Shown here piece by piece: positions 36,296 to 48,643 of a DNA stretch of 64,000 nt. The notes under the pieces were generated by a model. It ran no database searches. It saw only the letters and a list, made by a program, of their open reading frames with translations, and had not been told where the DNA came from. Position 1 is the stretch's first letter, and every line of letters starts with the position of its first letter. The position numbers were made by a program, and so were the translations under genes. The DNA is from Centroscyllium fabricii (lineage: Eukaryota), in the NCBI GenBank assembly GCA_051313645.2, contig JBNRSN020000058.1:1054001-1118000 (forward strand). Reading direction: 5' to 3'.

Positions 36296-39200
36296 TACTG
36301 AGTTTGGATGATCAGCCATGATCTCGTTGAATGGCGGAGCAGGCTCGAGGGGCCGAATGGCCTACTCCTGCGCCTATCTTCTATGTTTCTAAGTAAAAAT
36401 ATATGAGAATGGACTGTGGAAAAGAGGAGATTTAATAATGATGACATCTCTCATGTGTAGGTCACAAAAAGGATTAAGCATCAGAAATACTTCCTTAATT
36501 ACCTGGTGTAATGGACAACGAACGGTATTAGGAATGCCACTATTTTTATTTTCAAGCCTGGGGCAAGAGTACTACTGTCTGACGATAGCTGTATAAAAAT
36601 GAATAGGTGGCAGTGTACTGAAGGGTGAATGTGGCCGCACAGACCTGTACTGAGTCAGCTGTACAGTGGATTCTTCTCATTCCATCAGTCTAATGGATAG
36701 CAATTGAATTTAATTAGTAAAGCAGCTCAGAGTAACAGCACGCTGTGCAGAGTGAAATGAGAAGCTCTCTGCAGTAGACTTGCAAAGAATGTCTTTTTAA
36801 CTGCCATTCTGAGCAGCGATGGAAGCCAAATGTTACCCTCACAGTTTACAACTATAAATTAATATAGTAAAATGTAGAATGAGGTCTCTCTCCTTATACT
36901 TTTTAAAAAAAAATTAAAGGAAAAACACACAAACCCTCTTATAATTTTGTTGCTAACAAGAGAGACTCAATTTTGCCTGGCTGGTCACAGCAAGCAGGCA
37001 AGTTCCAATGATTGATTATTGTGGTATCTCTGTATCTTTGACTTTGAACCATGACCTCTTTGTGTACAAAGAGGGTTGGGACCTACCATTTGCCATCTGG
37101 AAAAAGGGACTGTACGTAGGGAAAAAGATCCAGTATTAATCATCCAATTAAGAACGCACCAAAATAGAGTACTTAAGTGCTATGAAATTCAGTCAATTTA
37201 ATAATTTTCTGAATTAATTGCATTTTTGTACAACCTGCTCTCCAGAACTAGCAGGACTCATTTACACATTTCCTATTACTCCCCGTACTAAAAAGTAGGC
37301 TCAAGTTTGTCTTTGCTCGACTAATCTGCAAGCACTTTAATTAGCCTGAAGAAAAGTGATTGTTCACTTAGAACCAAAAGAAGAAAGGACCGAATTCTCA
37401 CCTATTGTGGGCTGTGGAGCATTTTTCTAGACAAATTCACCAATTAGTCTAGTCACATACAGCAGTCTTCTCTTGATTTCTAGAGACCAGCTACGCTAAA
37501 CCACCTCTTTGAAAATCCAGTGCAATTATGCTGAGGGCTTGAGTTTTTTTGGGGGGGGGGGGGGTGAAGAGACAGTCTACTGGGAAAAATTATCTCCAGG
37601 GGCATTTTGACTCCCCACTGAGGACATTTTTTTTGCTGAGTAAAAAGAATGTTGTATTGATCTGATTACACTGCATACTCACAATAGAACAGCATACTTG
37701 ATGCTGAGAAAACAGTTGCATGATACTCTGCAACTGTTGTGACCTCACCAAGGGTAATTTGGGTAGCACCCCCCTGATTAGCCTACCTTGGATCTTTTCA
37801 CTCAAGTGCCAAAACATCTTACTTTATACACAGGGTAGGACTTTAACTTTATAAATAATTCCTTATATTATTACAAACCAAATTTCTTTTTAACAAATCC
37901 TATACATAAGTAGGAGGCAGCTTCCTCAGAATGAATATCACTGGGTGAATTTATTAACTACCCCACAATATTTAGAAGAGCAATTTAACAGCTTCATCCA
38001 AATGATTAAGTGACTCAAGGACAAAACAGCTTGGGGGTGTGGTTTCAGTTCAGGTTAGTACTCAAGCCTTCTTGCACAAAGTGTAATGAACTCCTTCAAA
38101 TCACAGCTACCAGGGAGTATGAGCAGAATAATAATACTATTAACATATTCTGCAGCACAGTAAAACAATGCATCGTGCCAACAGAATTGCGGCTTGTTTT
38201 GACCACACAGCTTGCTCCAAAGTCACTGACTTCTTTTCATTTTCTTCACTTCATGCCACAATTTCTTTCAACTCAGCCAGTCCATCTATTTCTTTTTCTT
38301 AACATTCCCAATTGTCTTGTTGCTCTTGGAAAGAGACTTCACATCCCATTACAACTAAGGATGGGAGCATCGGCACTCAGGGAAAAACCTTGCTCAAGCT
38401 AAGCTCAATAACCCTTTTATGCCTTCTCTAGACTGGCCTCCTGCAAGAGTACCCCCTCCTTGAACTTACTCGTTTGGATATATTCAGGTTCTTTCTCAAC
38501 AGTCTGGTGAACATAAATTGGATCTCCTTTAAAATACTGGCGAGGAAAGTGGACCTCCTGCCATCCTGATGTACAGACATTATGACACTGGTGCTCCATC
38601 TGTTCCATTGACCTCTTCAGTTCTGGTTCCATAACTCCTTCTGGCACTTGGCTTGGCTCACTTAACTGCTGACTGTGTTTCAGCAATGGTCAGCTGTGCT
38701 TAGGACTAATCCCAACCCAGAGCAGGTTGAGTTGGGTGGTTTCAACACAGCATCAGGGGAATACACATACATATAAATGCACAATATATATTAGAAAAAA
38801 GCTCGATACTGGCTAACCCACAGATTGGCTGGGTTGTTGCACCTGTTGAGGAGGCTGCAGGTGAAGGATTGGGGGGGGGGGGGGAAGAAATGTAAGTAAG
38901 AGTGAGTTTTAGATTTGTAGCCCTATTAATCAATGAAAATCAGTGCAAAGTTTTCAAGTAGTCTTGAAGTTACCCCTAGGAATTGAGTGGGGGGGGGCGG
39001 CGGTGGCGGGGAAGAGGTATGGAAAAAGTAAGTTGTAGGTAAAAAGCAGGAACTTCTTTTGGAATGAGTCTAAAACATCTATCTGTCACTCAGATTTCCA
39101 AAACACTCTAGATTAAGACTAAAAACCTACTGCACCGGTGGCAAAAGTATCACTCCGGTAAAAGCATCACTCCAGAAGAACCTAAGTGCTGAGCAGTTGG

Positions 39201-40934
39201 TAACTAGACAGGTTTATTTGTGAATTAGAAAGCATTAAACTAATTGAGGACATTAAGATGACATCATAAAGTCTACAAGTGGTTCCTGTTTGTCATCTGA
39301 ATCCCAATATTAGATTGTTTTAAAATTTACCTAGAGCTACCTATTACTATGTATAATAGACACATGGCAGTGAAGTTTCTTTGCAAATGCTTAAGCTTTA
39401 CCAAGATGCCTGCACATTGCCTGTCAAAAATGTTGTGTGATACAGGACTTGAAAGTAAATTGATTTTACAATATGCACCTGAGGTACCACCACATTATTT
39501 TTACTCACATTCATTTATTTTTAATACAGTGACTCACATCTTTTAAATAGTATTTTTTGTAATCCCTCATGCTTGCAATCTCTCAAACAGTCCGAGCTTC
39601 CCTCTCATCTCTGTACTAGGATATTGCAATGGTACAATAGCACAGCCCACGCTCTCCCACCTGAAAACATAGTGACAAATATGCTGCAAATTATCACAAC
39701 AGTGGCTACTATTCAGTGGTACTTTTCGCCCAGACACAGAACACCTTAAAAGATAATTAATTACAGGTCCAAATAGGTAAAAGCACAGTGGCAAAGTTTG
39801 ACTGTTGACAGTTTCACACTTGAACCTATGTAGACAAATGAAAGAGGAAATATCCTTTTAAAACAGGGTTGTGCATCTATACAGGACCTAGAACTTTGGC
39901 ATTATATACTCTGCATAAAAAAACCAGGTGCTCATTAGAATCAGCTCCACTTCTTGCTCTCTGTCTTTCTTTCTCTCTCACATACACTCACTTAAAAAAA
40001 GCCAGGTGTAAATTATGATTGTAACCCTCATTAGGAAACTATTACCATACTGTTTTGCACATCTTTTTTTGGGAAGAAATATTAACTAATAAATATCCAG
40101 CTTTCTGTTTCTAAAAAAAAAGAAAATCAACAGGATTGTTGTCATCTGTAATATTCTCCTTAATTTGGCCCAATGAGTATTGAAACTCCCTCAGGGGAAC
40201 AAATTTCTTACGTTCGATCGACAAACCTCATTCTCTTTTTTTATTTAGCAGCCATAAGGCAGTTTATTTTACCACTTTTTCTACCATCTGTACCAACTAT
40301 CCCCACAGACCGCTGCAGCTGTCCAGTGTAATGTGTTCAGTTCCTTTTATTTTCTGTCCAAATAGCTCGTAAACAATTCAGCAATATTTATAACTGTTGT
40401 GTCCCTTTTGTTCTGGCTAGCGGAAGGAGGCCTGGTCCTCTTCCTTTTTGATGAAATATCACCTATTACACGGTATATTGCCACAATATATGATAAAGGA
40501 TGACAGAAATGTGTTTTTAAAATATCTTGAAAAAAAACTATGCAAATATATCATTAATAATTAAAACTCAATAGCAAAATGGAAATGCACAAGAATGAAA
40601 CTCCACAACAGAAGGCCACCATATGTCCTTTTTGTTTCAAAACATAAAGGCATGAGATATGATGGCATGTCAACAGTGTCACCCATCATTGCTAGTTGAA
40701 AGTTTTATTTTAAATCCAGCCAATATTTCATATTTGAAATTATTTGCAGCATCTATACATCAGCTCCTCTTCTAGTGTCTGTAAATATAATTTACAGACA
40801 ATCAGGCACTATATAAATTGTGACTGTCCGAGCAGATTTGGGACATAGGAGGAGTAGTAGGCCAGTTAGCCTCTCCAGCCTCTTCCGTCATTCAATGAGA
40901 TCATGGCTGATCTACGACCCAACTCCATTTACTC

Positions 40935-41175
40935 TCTTCACTCAGTGGGTGGTGAATCTTTGGAATTCTCTATCCGAAAGTTCTGTGGGTGCTCAGTCAT
41001 TGAGTATATTCAAGGACAAGATAGATAGATTTTTGGACTCATGGAGAATCAAGGGATTTAGGGATCGGGCAGGAAAAAGTGGAGTTGAAGTCGAAGATCA
41101 GCCATGATCTTATTGAATGGCAGAGCAGGCTCGAGGACAGTCTGGCCTACTCCTGCTCCTAGTTCTTATGTTCTT
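40935..41175 (+). mobile_element. Short 5'-truncated CR1 3' end inserted antisense into the CR1 3' UTR
   Basis: LFTQWVVNLWNSL...tail ttcttatgttctta. The host reads on as aactccatttac|ctgcctttgcccc. Confidence 0.85.
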
Positions 41176-43189
41176 ACCTGCCTTTGCCCCATATCCCTTA
41201 ATACCCTTCGTTAACAAAAATCTATCAATCTCCGATTTAAAATTAACAATTGATCTAGCATCAATTGTCGTTTGCGGAAGAAAGTTCCAAACTTCTACCA
41301 CCCTTTGTGTATAGAAGTGTTTCCTAATTTCACTCCTGAAAGGTCTGGCTCTAATTTTTAGACTATGTCCCCTCGTCCTAGATTCCCCAACCAGCAGAAA
41401 TAGTTTCTCTCTATCTACCCTATTTGTTCCCCTTAATAGCTTGAATACTTCGATCAGATCACCCCCATGACCTTCAAAATTCCAGGGAATACAACCCTAA
41501 TTTGTACAATCTCTCCATGTAATTTAATTCCTGGACTCTCAGTATCATTCTGGTAAACCTACGCTGCACTCCCTGCAAGGCCAATATATTCTTCCTAAGG
41601 TGTGGTGCCCAGAACTGCTCACACTATTCCAGGTATGGTCTAACGATGGCTTTGTATAGCTGTACTGTAGCTTCTACCCGCTTGTATTCCAATCCTCTAG
41701 ATATAAAGGCCAGCATTCCATTAGCCTTTTTGATTATTTTCTATATCTGTTCATGACATTTTAATGATCTATGTATGTGGACCACCAAGTCTCTTTGGAC
41801 CTCCACTGTTTTTAGCTTTTCACCATTTAGAAAGTACCCTGTTCTATTCTTTTTAGCTCCCAAAATGGATGACCTCACATTTGCCTACATTGAAATCCAT
41901 TTGCCTCAGTTCTGACATTCACTTAATCTATCAACATCTTTTTAATTTTAAGCTTTCATCGACACTGCTTACAATGCCACCTATCTTTGTGTCATCTTTC
42001 TATGCCATCATCTAAGTCATTAATAAATATGATGAATAGTTGAGGCCCCAACACAGATCCTTGCGGGACACCGCTAGTCACATCCTGCCAATTTGAGTAC
42101 CTGCCCATTATCCCTACTCTCCGTCTCCTGCCCCTCAGCCAATTTCCTAACCAGGTCAATAATTTGCCTTCAATTCCATGGGTTTCAACCTTAGTTAACA
42201 GTCTTTTAGGGGGGACTTTATCAAATACCTTCTGAAAGTCCATATAACATCCATAGACATTCCCCGGTCTGCTGCTTTAGTCACCTCTTCAAAACATTAA
42301 ATCAGATTCATCAGGTAAGACCTACCTTTAACAAATCCATGCTGGCTCTCTCTGATCAGCTGAAAAGTTTCAAGGTGTTCAGTCAACCTATCTTTAATTA
42401 TAGACTCCAGTAATTTCCAGACAACAGATGTCAAGCTAACTGGTCTATATCCCTGGTTTCCCTCACTCACCATCCTTAAAAAGCAGAGTGGCATGTGTAA
42501 TTTTCCAATCTAACGGAATGATTCCTGAATCCAAAGAACTTTGGAAGATTATAGTTAGGGCATCTGCAATGTGCTCACCCACTTCTTTTAAAACCATCTG
42601 GTCCTGGGGATTTGTCACTCTTTAGCGGCATTATTCTCTTCATTACTGTTATTTTACATACGTTAATTTTGTTGAGTCCCTGTCCCAGGTTCGATACTAG
42701 CTTCCTTGGAATTTCGGGCATACTATCCTCTTCCTCTACTGTAAATACTGACACCAAGTAATTATTCAACATTTCCTTATTATCACTGACAAAATCACTG
42801 CTAACAGTTTAAGGGGCCAACATTGCTCCTGACTGCCCTCTTTTTCCTATTTAAAATTAACAATTGATCTAGCATCAATTGCCGTTTGCGGAAGAAAGTT
42901 CCAAACTTCTACCACCCCTTGTGTATAGAAATGTTTCCTAATTTCACTCCTAAAAGGTCTGGCTCAAATTTGTAGAGAAATGTATTAATGGCACTCATTC
43001 CAATAGCCCAGAATATTAATTGATATATTCCTAACTTTTACTCTGATCATAACTTTAATGTTTTAAAACTTCAGTTTGTACAATATAAGTATATTAAGGG
43101 CAAGAGGATAACTAGGGAAAGAGTAGGGCCCATTAGGGACCAATGTGGCAATCTGTGTGTAGAGCCAGAAGTAGTAGGTGGGGTTTTAA

Positions 43190-44813
43190 ATGAATTTTTT
43201 ACACTATGGAGAAGGACAACGTAGGCTTAGAAATCAGGCAGGGGACTGTGACATACTTGAATATATTACCATCGAGGGGGAGGAGGTACTAGCGGTTTTA
43301 GCAGGCTTAAAAGTGGATAAATCCCCAGGCCCGGATGAGATGTATCCCAGGCTGCTGTGTGAGGCAAAGGAGGAGATTGCAGGGTCTCTGACACTAATTT
43401 TCAGATCCTCTCTGGCCACAGGGGATGTGCCAGAGGACTGGAGAACAGCTAACGTGGTACTATTGTTCAAGAAGGGCAGTAGGGATAAACCAGGGAATTA
43501 CAGGCCAGTGAGCCTAACATCAGTGGTAGGGAAATTATTGGAAAAAAGTCTGAGAGATAGAGTTAGTATTCACCTGGAGGGGCAAGGATTAATCAAGGAT
43601 AGTCAGCATGGCTTTGTCAAGGGAAGATCACGTCTGATCAACTTGATTGAATTTTTCGAGGGGGTGACTAGGCGTGTGGATGAGGGTAGTGCAGTGGATG
43701 TGGTATACTTGGATTTCAGCAAGGCTTTTGATAAAGTCCCGCATAAGAGACTGGTCAAGAAGGTAAGAGCCCATGGGATCCAGGGCACCTTGGTTGGCAC
43801 AGTGGATCCAAAACTGGCTTAGTGGCAGAAAGCAGAGGGTGATGGTCAAAGGTTGTTTTTGTGACTGGAAGCCTGTGTCCAGCGGGGTACCGCAGGGATC
43901 GATGCTGGGTCCCTTGCTGTTTGTAGTCTATTTTAATGATTTGGATATGAATGTAAAGGGCATGATCAGTAAGTTCGCTGATGACACGAAAATTGGTGGG
44001 GTGGTGGATAGCGAGGAGGGAAGCCTCAGTCTGCAGGACGATATAGATGGGTTGGTCAGATGGGCGGAGCAGTGTCAAGTGGAATTTAGCCCTGAAAAGT
44101 GTGAGGTGATGCATTTTAGAAGGACTAACAAGGCAAGGGAATACACAATGAATGGTAAGACCCTAGGAAAGACAGAGGATCAGAGGGACCTTGGTGTGCA
44201 TGTACATAGATCTCTGAAGGCAGCAGGACAGGTAGCTAAGGTGGTTAAAAAGGCATATGGGATACTTGCCTTCATTAGCCGAGGCATAGAATACAAGAGC
44301 AGGGAGGTTATGATGGAGCTGTACAAAACGCTGGTAAGGCCACAGCTGGAGTACTGTGTGCAGTTCTGGTCGCCACACTATAGGAAGGATGTGATTGCCT
44401 TGGAGAGGGTGCAGAGGAGATTCACCAGGATGTTACCTGGGCTGGAGCGCTTCAGCTATGAAGAGAGACTGGGCAGGCTGGGGTTGTATTCCTTAGAGCA
44501 GAGAAGGCTGAGGGGGGACCTGATTGAGGTGTACAAAATTATGAGGGGCATAGATAGGGTAAATAAAAAGGAACTTTTTTCCTTGGTAGAGAGGTCAATA
44601 ACAAGGGGACATAGTTACAAGGTAAGGGGCGGGAGGTTTAGAGGGGATTTGAGGAAGAACATTTTCACCCAGAGGGTGGTTGGAATCCGGAACTCACTGC
44701 CTGAAAGGGTGGTGGAGGCAGGAACCCTCACAACATTCAAGAAGCATTTGGATGAGCACTTGAAGTGCCATAGCATACAAGGCTACGGACCAAATGCAGG
44801 AAAATGGGATTAG
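43190..44813 (+). pseudogene. CR1 ORF2 reverse transcriptase, nearly intact
   Basis: KSPGPD, NYRPVSLTS, QHGF, YLDFSKAFDKVPH, GVPQGS, FADD, QRRLRGDLIEVYK; one frameshift at the ttgg duplication near 43790; endonuclease absent. Confidence 0.93.
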
Positions 44814-44885
44814 AGTAGACAGGGCTCGATGGCTGGCATAGACGTGATGGGCCGAAGGGCCTCTTTCTGTGCTGTAAAACTCTAT

Positions 44886-45636
44886 GGGCGCGAAATTGGC
44901 GGCTTAGCGCCGGCCCATTAGCGGCAAAAATGGGCGCCAATAGGCCGGCGCCGAATTAGCACCAGAATTAGCGCCAGGCGCTAAATTGGCATTGTGCTTA
45001 GCGCCGGCGCTAAATGTTAATGCAGCACCGCTTGGCGATCACCAATCGTCGTGACAATGCGCGTGCAATGCCCGCCCGGCGGGCTGCGCCCGATATTGGG
45101 TTTAACGCCTTTCCACCGCCCCCTGTGCTATCAGCGCCAGCTTTTGCAAGCGCTGCAGTGGGTTTGAGAGGCCGCTGCAGCGCTGCCAAAAGGGTCACCC
45201 TCCCTCTTCGGCCCGAGATCGGCCAGTTGCTAAGGGAAGGGGGAGGCGTCCTGATCGACCAATTGATCAGAGTGCGGGGAAGGCGGGGCGGGAGATCGGC
45301 AACTGATCAGAGTGCGAGGAGGGAGGCCCGCGATCGGCAGCTGATCAGAGAGCAGGGAGGAAAAGATGCTGCTCTGCTTCCCCTTTAAGACCTAATCGGC
45401 TGCAGAGGTCATGGGGATGCAAGCAGTTAGTGAGGGAGCACTGCGCCCAGGAACGGCAATTAGCGGCAAGATATTGGCCGCCTGGAAGCCGTACAAGACG
45501 TGAATTAGCGCCGAAATCTGCAACGACGGCGCTAACGCCAATATCGGCCGCCTCGGTGCTAATTTAGCGTCGGCGCTAATTTTTAGCACAGCGCCAATTT
45601 TAGCGCCGAAAACACGCGCTCACGAATTTCCCGCCC
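44886..45636. mobile_element. Young CpG-rich Harbinger-type MITE (family B)
   Basis: TIR gggcgcgaaatt / aatttcccgccc; exact TAT TSD; many subterminal tagcgcc/ggcgcta motifs at both ends. Confidence 0.88.
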
Positions 45637-46889
45637 TATGACTCTATGACTAATATTTATGTGAAATTACTTTTAATTGTAAAAATATGTGTTGGTTTTA
45701 ATATCCCTTGCAACTTCTTTACATACTCCCTTTTTGTAGCTCTTACTATCAGTTTTGGGACCCTTTGCTATTCTTTGTATTTTTCCCATTCGCCAGGATC
45801 TGCCCTATTTTTGCAGTTTTGTATGCTTTTTCTTTTAGTTTTATGTCGGCTCTTACCTCTTTCATCGTCCAGGGCTTTTTTTTGAACAAGTAGAGCTCTT
45901 GCCCCTTAGGGGTATAAACTGCTTCTGTATCACAAATACTTTTCTGAACCGCTCCCACTGATCTTGTCATTTCACCCATTAACAGATTTGCCCAATTTAC
46001 TGTGGACAGTCTGTCTCGTCGTATTAAAGTCAGCTTGACCTAAATCTAGAATCTTAGTAGCTGTTTCACGTTTCTCGCTTTGAAATGCTACGTTGAACTC
46101 GATCATGTTATGATCGCTATTAGATAAAAGTTGATGCACCATTAGGCTATTAACTAACCCTGGCTCATTACTAAATCTTATATGTCATGTCCCCTTGTTG
46201 GTTCTAGGACATATTGTTGCGGAAAACTCTCTCAGACACTCAAGAAATTCACTCCCTTTCTGACGTGTACTAATCTGCTTATCCCAATCTATATGAAAGT
46301 TAAAATCCCCCAGTAAAACTACTCTGCCTTTGCTACATGCTTGTCTAATCTCTGCACTTATACAATCTAGCACTTCAGAGCTGCTACCACTACAGTCTTA
46401 AATCCTTTCCTATTTCTTAATTCTACCGATAAAGTCTCCCTTGCCTGCTTACCCTTCGTTATATCATTTCTTATCATGGAAGTAATTTCATCCTTAATCA
46501 CGAAGGCTACTCCTCCCCCTCTGCCATTTTCCCTAGCTTTCCTGTAGACTTTATAACCTGGTATATTTAGATCCCAGTCCTGACCATCTTGCAGCCATGT
46601 CATACCCTCCAAGTTGTATTTGCGCCTGCAGTGCATTCAATTTATTCCGTGCATTTGTAGAAAGAATGCTTATTTGGGCCACACACCCTAACCTGTTCTT
46701 CAGCTTTAATGCTTTACTCACATGTTTCTTATTTCTCTCTCCTTGTTTAATCACTTTACATCTTTAATGTTCCCCTTACCTGTACTGCCTAAAGCACAAT
46801 TTCTGTTACTCTACTCTCTTCCATTTCATTTGTTTTTGAACTATTATTTATACTACATTTTCCACCTAAGCCCTCCTCCCCATTTACTA

Positions 46890-47840
46890 GTTTAAAGTCC
46901 TTGTGACCGTCCTACTTATCCTTTCCGCGAGGGCTCTATTCCCAGCCCGGTTCAGGTGGAACCCGTCCCTATGGTATCGTTCCTTCCTGTCCTAATACTG
47001 GTGCCAGTGCCCGATGGAATGGAACCCCTCACCCACACCACTCCTTCAGCCACGTGTTCACCTCCCTAATCTGCTTACCCTTTAATTTGCACGTGGCTCA
47101 GGTAATAATGCAAAGATTATAACTCTTATGGTCCGGTTCTTTCATTTAGCTCCTAGTTCCTGGTACTCCCCAAACAGGATCTCTTGCCTACTCTTCCCTA
47201 TGTTGTTGGTCCCAACAAGGACCACAACGATGGGATCCTTCCCCCCCCACCCTCTCCAAAATCCTTTCAAGCTGGTTCGAGAGGTCCCTCAGCCTGGCTT
47301 TAGGTAGGCAACACACCATGTGACTCTCGATCTTGCTTACAAAGGATGCCATCTGTCCCCCTAATTACCGTAACCGTTTACAACTACCACATTACACAAC
47401 TCCTCCTCCTCCACCCGCCTTTGGACAGACTCCTGCTCCAAGGAGCCATGGTCTGCATTCTGGCTGTCCTTCCAATAGTCTTTATCCTTATCCTCACAGG
47501 TAGCAAGCACATTGTACTTGTTGAATTGGATCAGTTTCTGCAGATCCTCGTTCTCTATCTCACCTGGGTTCCCCCTTGCTCTGCACACTACTGGTCACAC
47601 CAAACCCGCTCTGAACCTGTACCTCTCTAAAAGATGTGACCGAGGTCTGGAGCAAACTGTCCAGATACTGCTCCCCCTCCCTTATGTGACAGACTGTCTC
47701 CAATTCACACTCCAGCTCAATGACTCCGAGCAGGAGAGATTCGAGACAGAGACATCTACTGCAGATGTAGTTGCTCAGGCCATCTCGCTGTCCACAAACT
47801 CACACATACTGCAGTCTAGACACACAACCTGCTCTGCCAT
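46890..47840 (-). pseudogene. CR1 ORF1 (zinc-finger N-terminus plus SGNH esterase), degenerate
   Basis: Minus strand MAEQVVCLDCSM at the start, NKYNVLA, VGTNNIG (~47205) and DGFHLNRAG (~46960). Confidence 0.8.
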
Positions 47841-48461
47841 ATCTTAGTCTAGATTATTTATAGCTACTTAAATATTTTTTTCTTATTTTACACACCAACT
47901 TGCACGAAGTACTAAAACACTGGAAAAAATTGAAATGCCTCTATTTATTCGACTGCTATCTAAACTTACTAGAAACTTAATACTTGTCCCTGATCTGATC
48001 TGTAAAAAAAAACCTCACCAGCTACTCACCAATCAGCTCCCCCCATTGTGCGGATGTCACTTTAGGTGTTTTTACCTCTCTTCATGGTGCTCGTGCTCCC
48101 TCACCTCCAGGCTCTCCGATTCTTGAACTTAAACTCCTCCCTCTGTGTTGATTTAGATAGGCCATCACTTTGTGAATTTTTCCCCTCCTCTGTTTTGGTC
48201 TCTGCTTTGTTGCACTGCCTCTGCTGCCTGCTTCCCGCACTGCTCTTAAATGCTCCACTCTCCCAATGTGCTTTGCTGCACGTCCCTGATATATAAGAGG
48301 GTGTGTGTCTTCTCTGAAATTAAAGCCTTTATATACACTGCAAGGTTACTTTGCATCCACAGCTTATGGACGGACAACAGTACAAAATATTCCACAGCCA
48401 GGTGCTGTGTAAGGTACGACTGTCACATTTACTATACCATGCAGCTCGTTTACCTAGAATC

Positions 48462-48643
48462 AGCCGTGATAGCATTCTCAAGTCTAAGTCAAAAGATCAT
48501 GGATTCAAGCCCCACTCCAGAGACTTGAGCAGGCTGAGGGAGCGCTGCACTGTCAGAGGTGCCATCTTTTGGATGGGATGTTAAATCGAGGCCCTGCCTG
48601 TTCTCTCAGGTGGATGAAAAAGATCCCATGGCTCTATTCGAAG
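48462..48643 (+). mobile_element. Deu-domain SINE, 5' half
   Basis: ggattcaagccccactccagagacttgagc..gagggagcgctgcactgtcagaggtgcc..caggtggatgaaaaagatcccatggc. Confidence 0.75.

Larger units (their letters stand above)
35781..36391 (+). mobile_element. 5'-truncated CR1 3' end (same subfamily as 33595), interrupted by a Penelope-like palindrome
   Basis: IETYKILTGLDAGRMFPMARESRTRGHSL and tail ggcctactcctgcgcctatcttctatgtttcta. Confidence 0.92.
43095..45652 (+). mobile_element. Young 5'-truncated CR1 LINE; its (CTATGACT)-type tail is split by a MITE
   Basis: Two long ORFs (43190-43822, 43773-44813) with full RT motifs; 3' tail ctctat|MITE|tatgactctatgact. Confidence 0.95.
40845..48130 (-). mobile_element. 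Near full-length degenerate CR1 LINE, split by nested insertions (40935-41175; 42849-45652)
   Basis: 3' tail at 40845-40932; RT fragments 41176-42848 ([20 protein letters not shown]); APE 46185-46680 (TWL..IPGYKVYRK..GGGVA, LLGDFN); ORF1 upstream. Confidence 0.9.

Noticed and set aside
38417-38686. Protein-like 89-aa minus-strand ORF
   Set aside because: No motif I recognise, no convincing splice sites, and length compatible with chance.
40845-41175. Second example of a double-tailed single insertion
   Set aside because: The left tail joins seamlessly to the CR1 resuming at 41176, so it is an ordinary nested antisense insertion.
43190-44813. Functional reverse transcriptase gene
   Set aside because: It is 5'-truncated (no endonuclease or promoter) and frameshifted.
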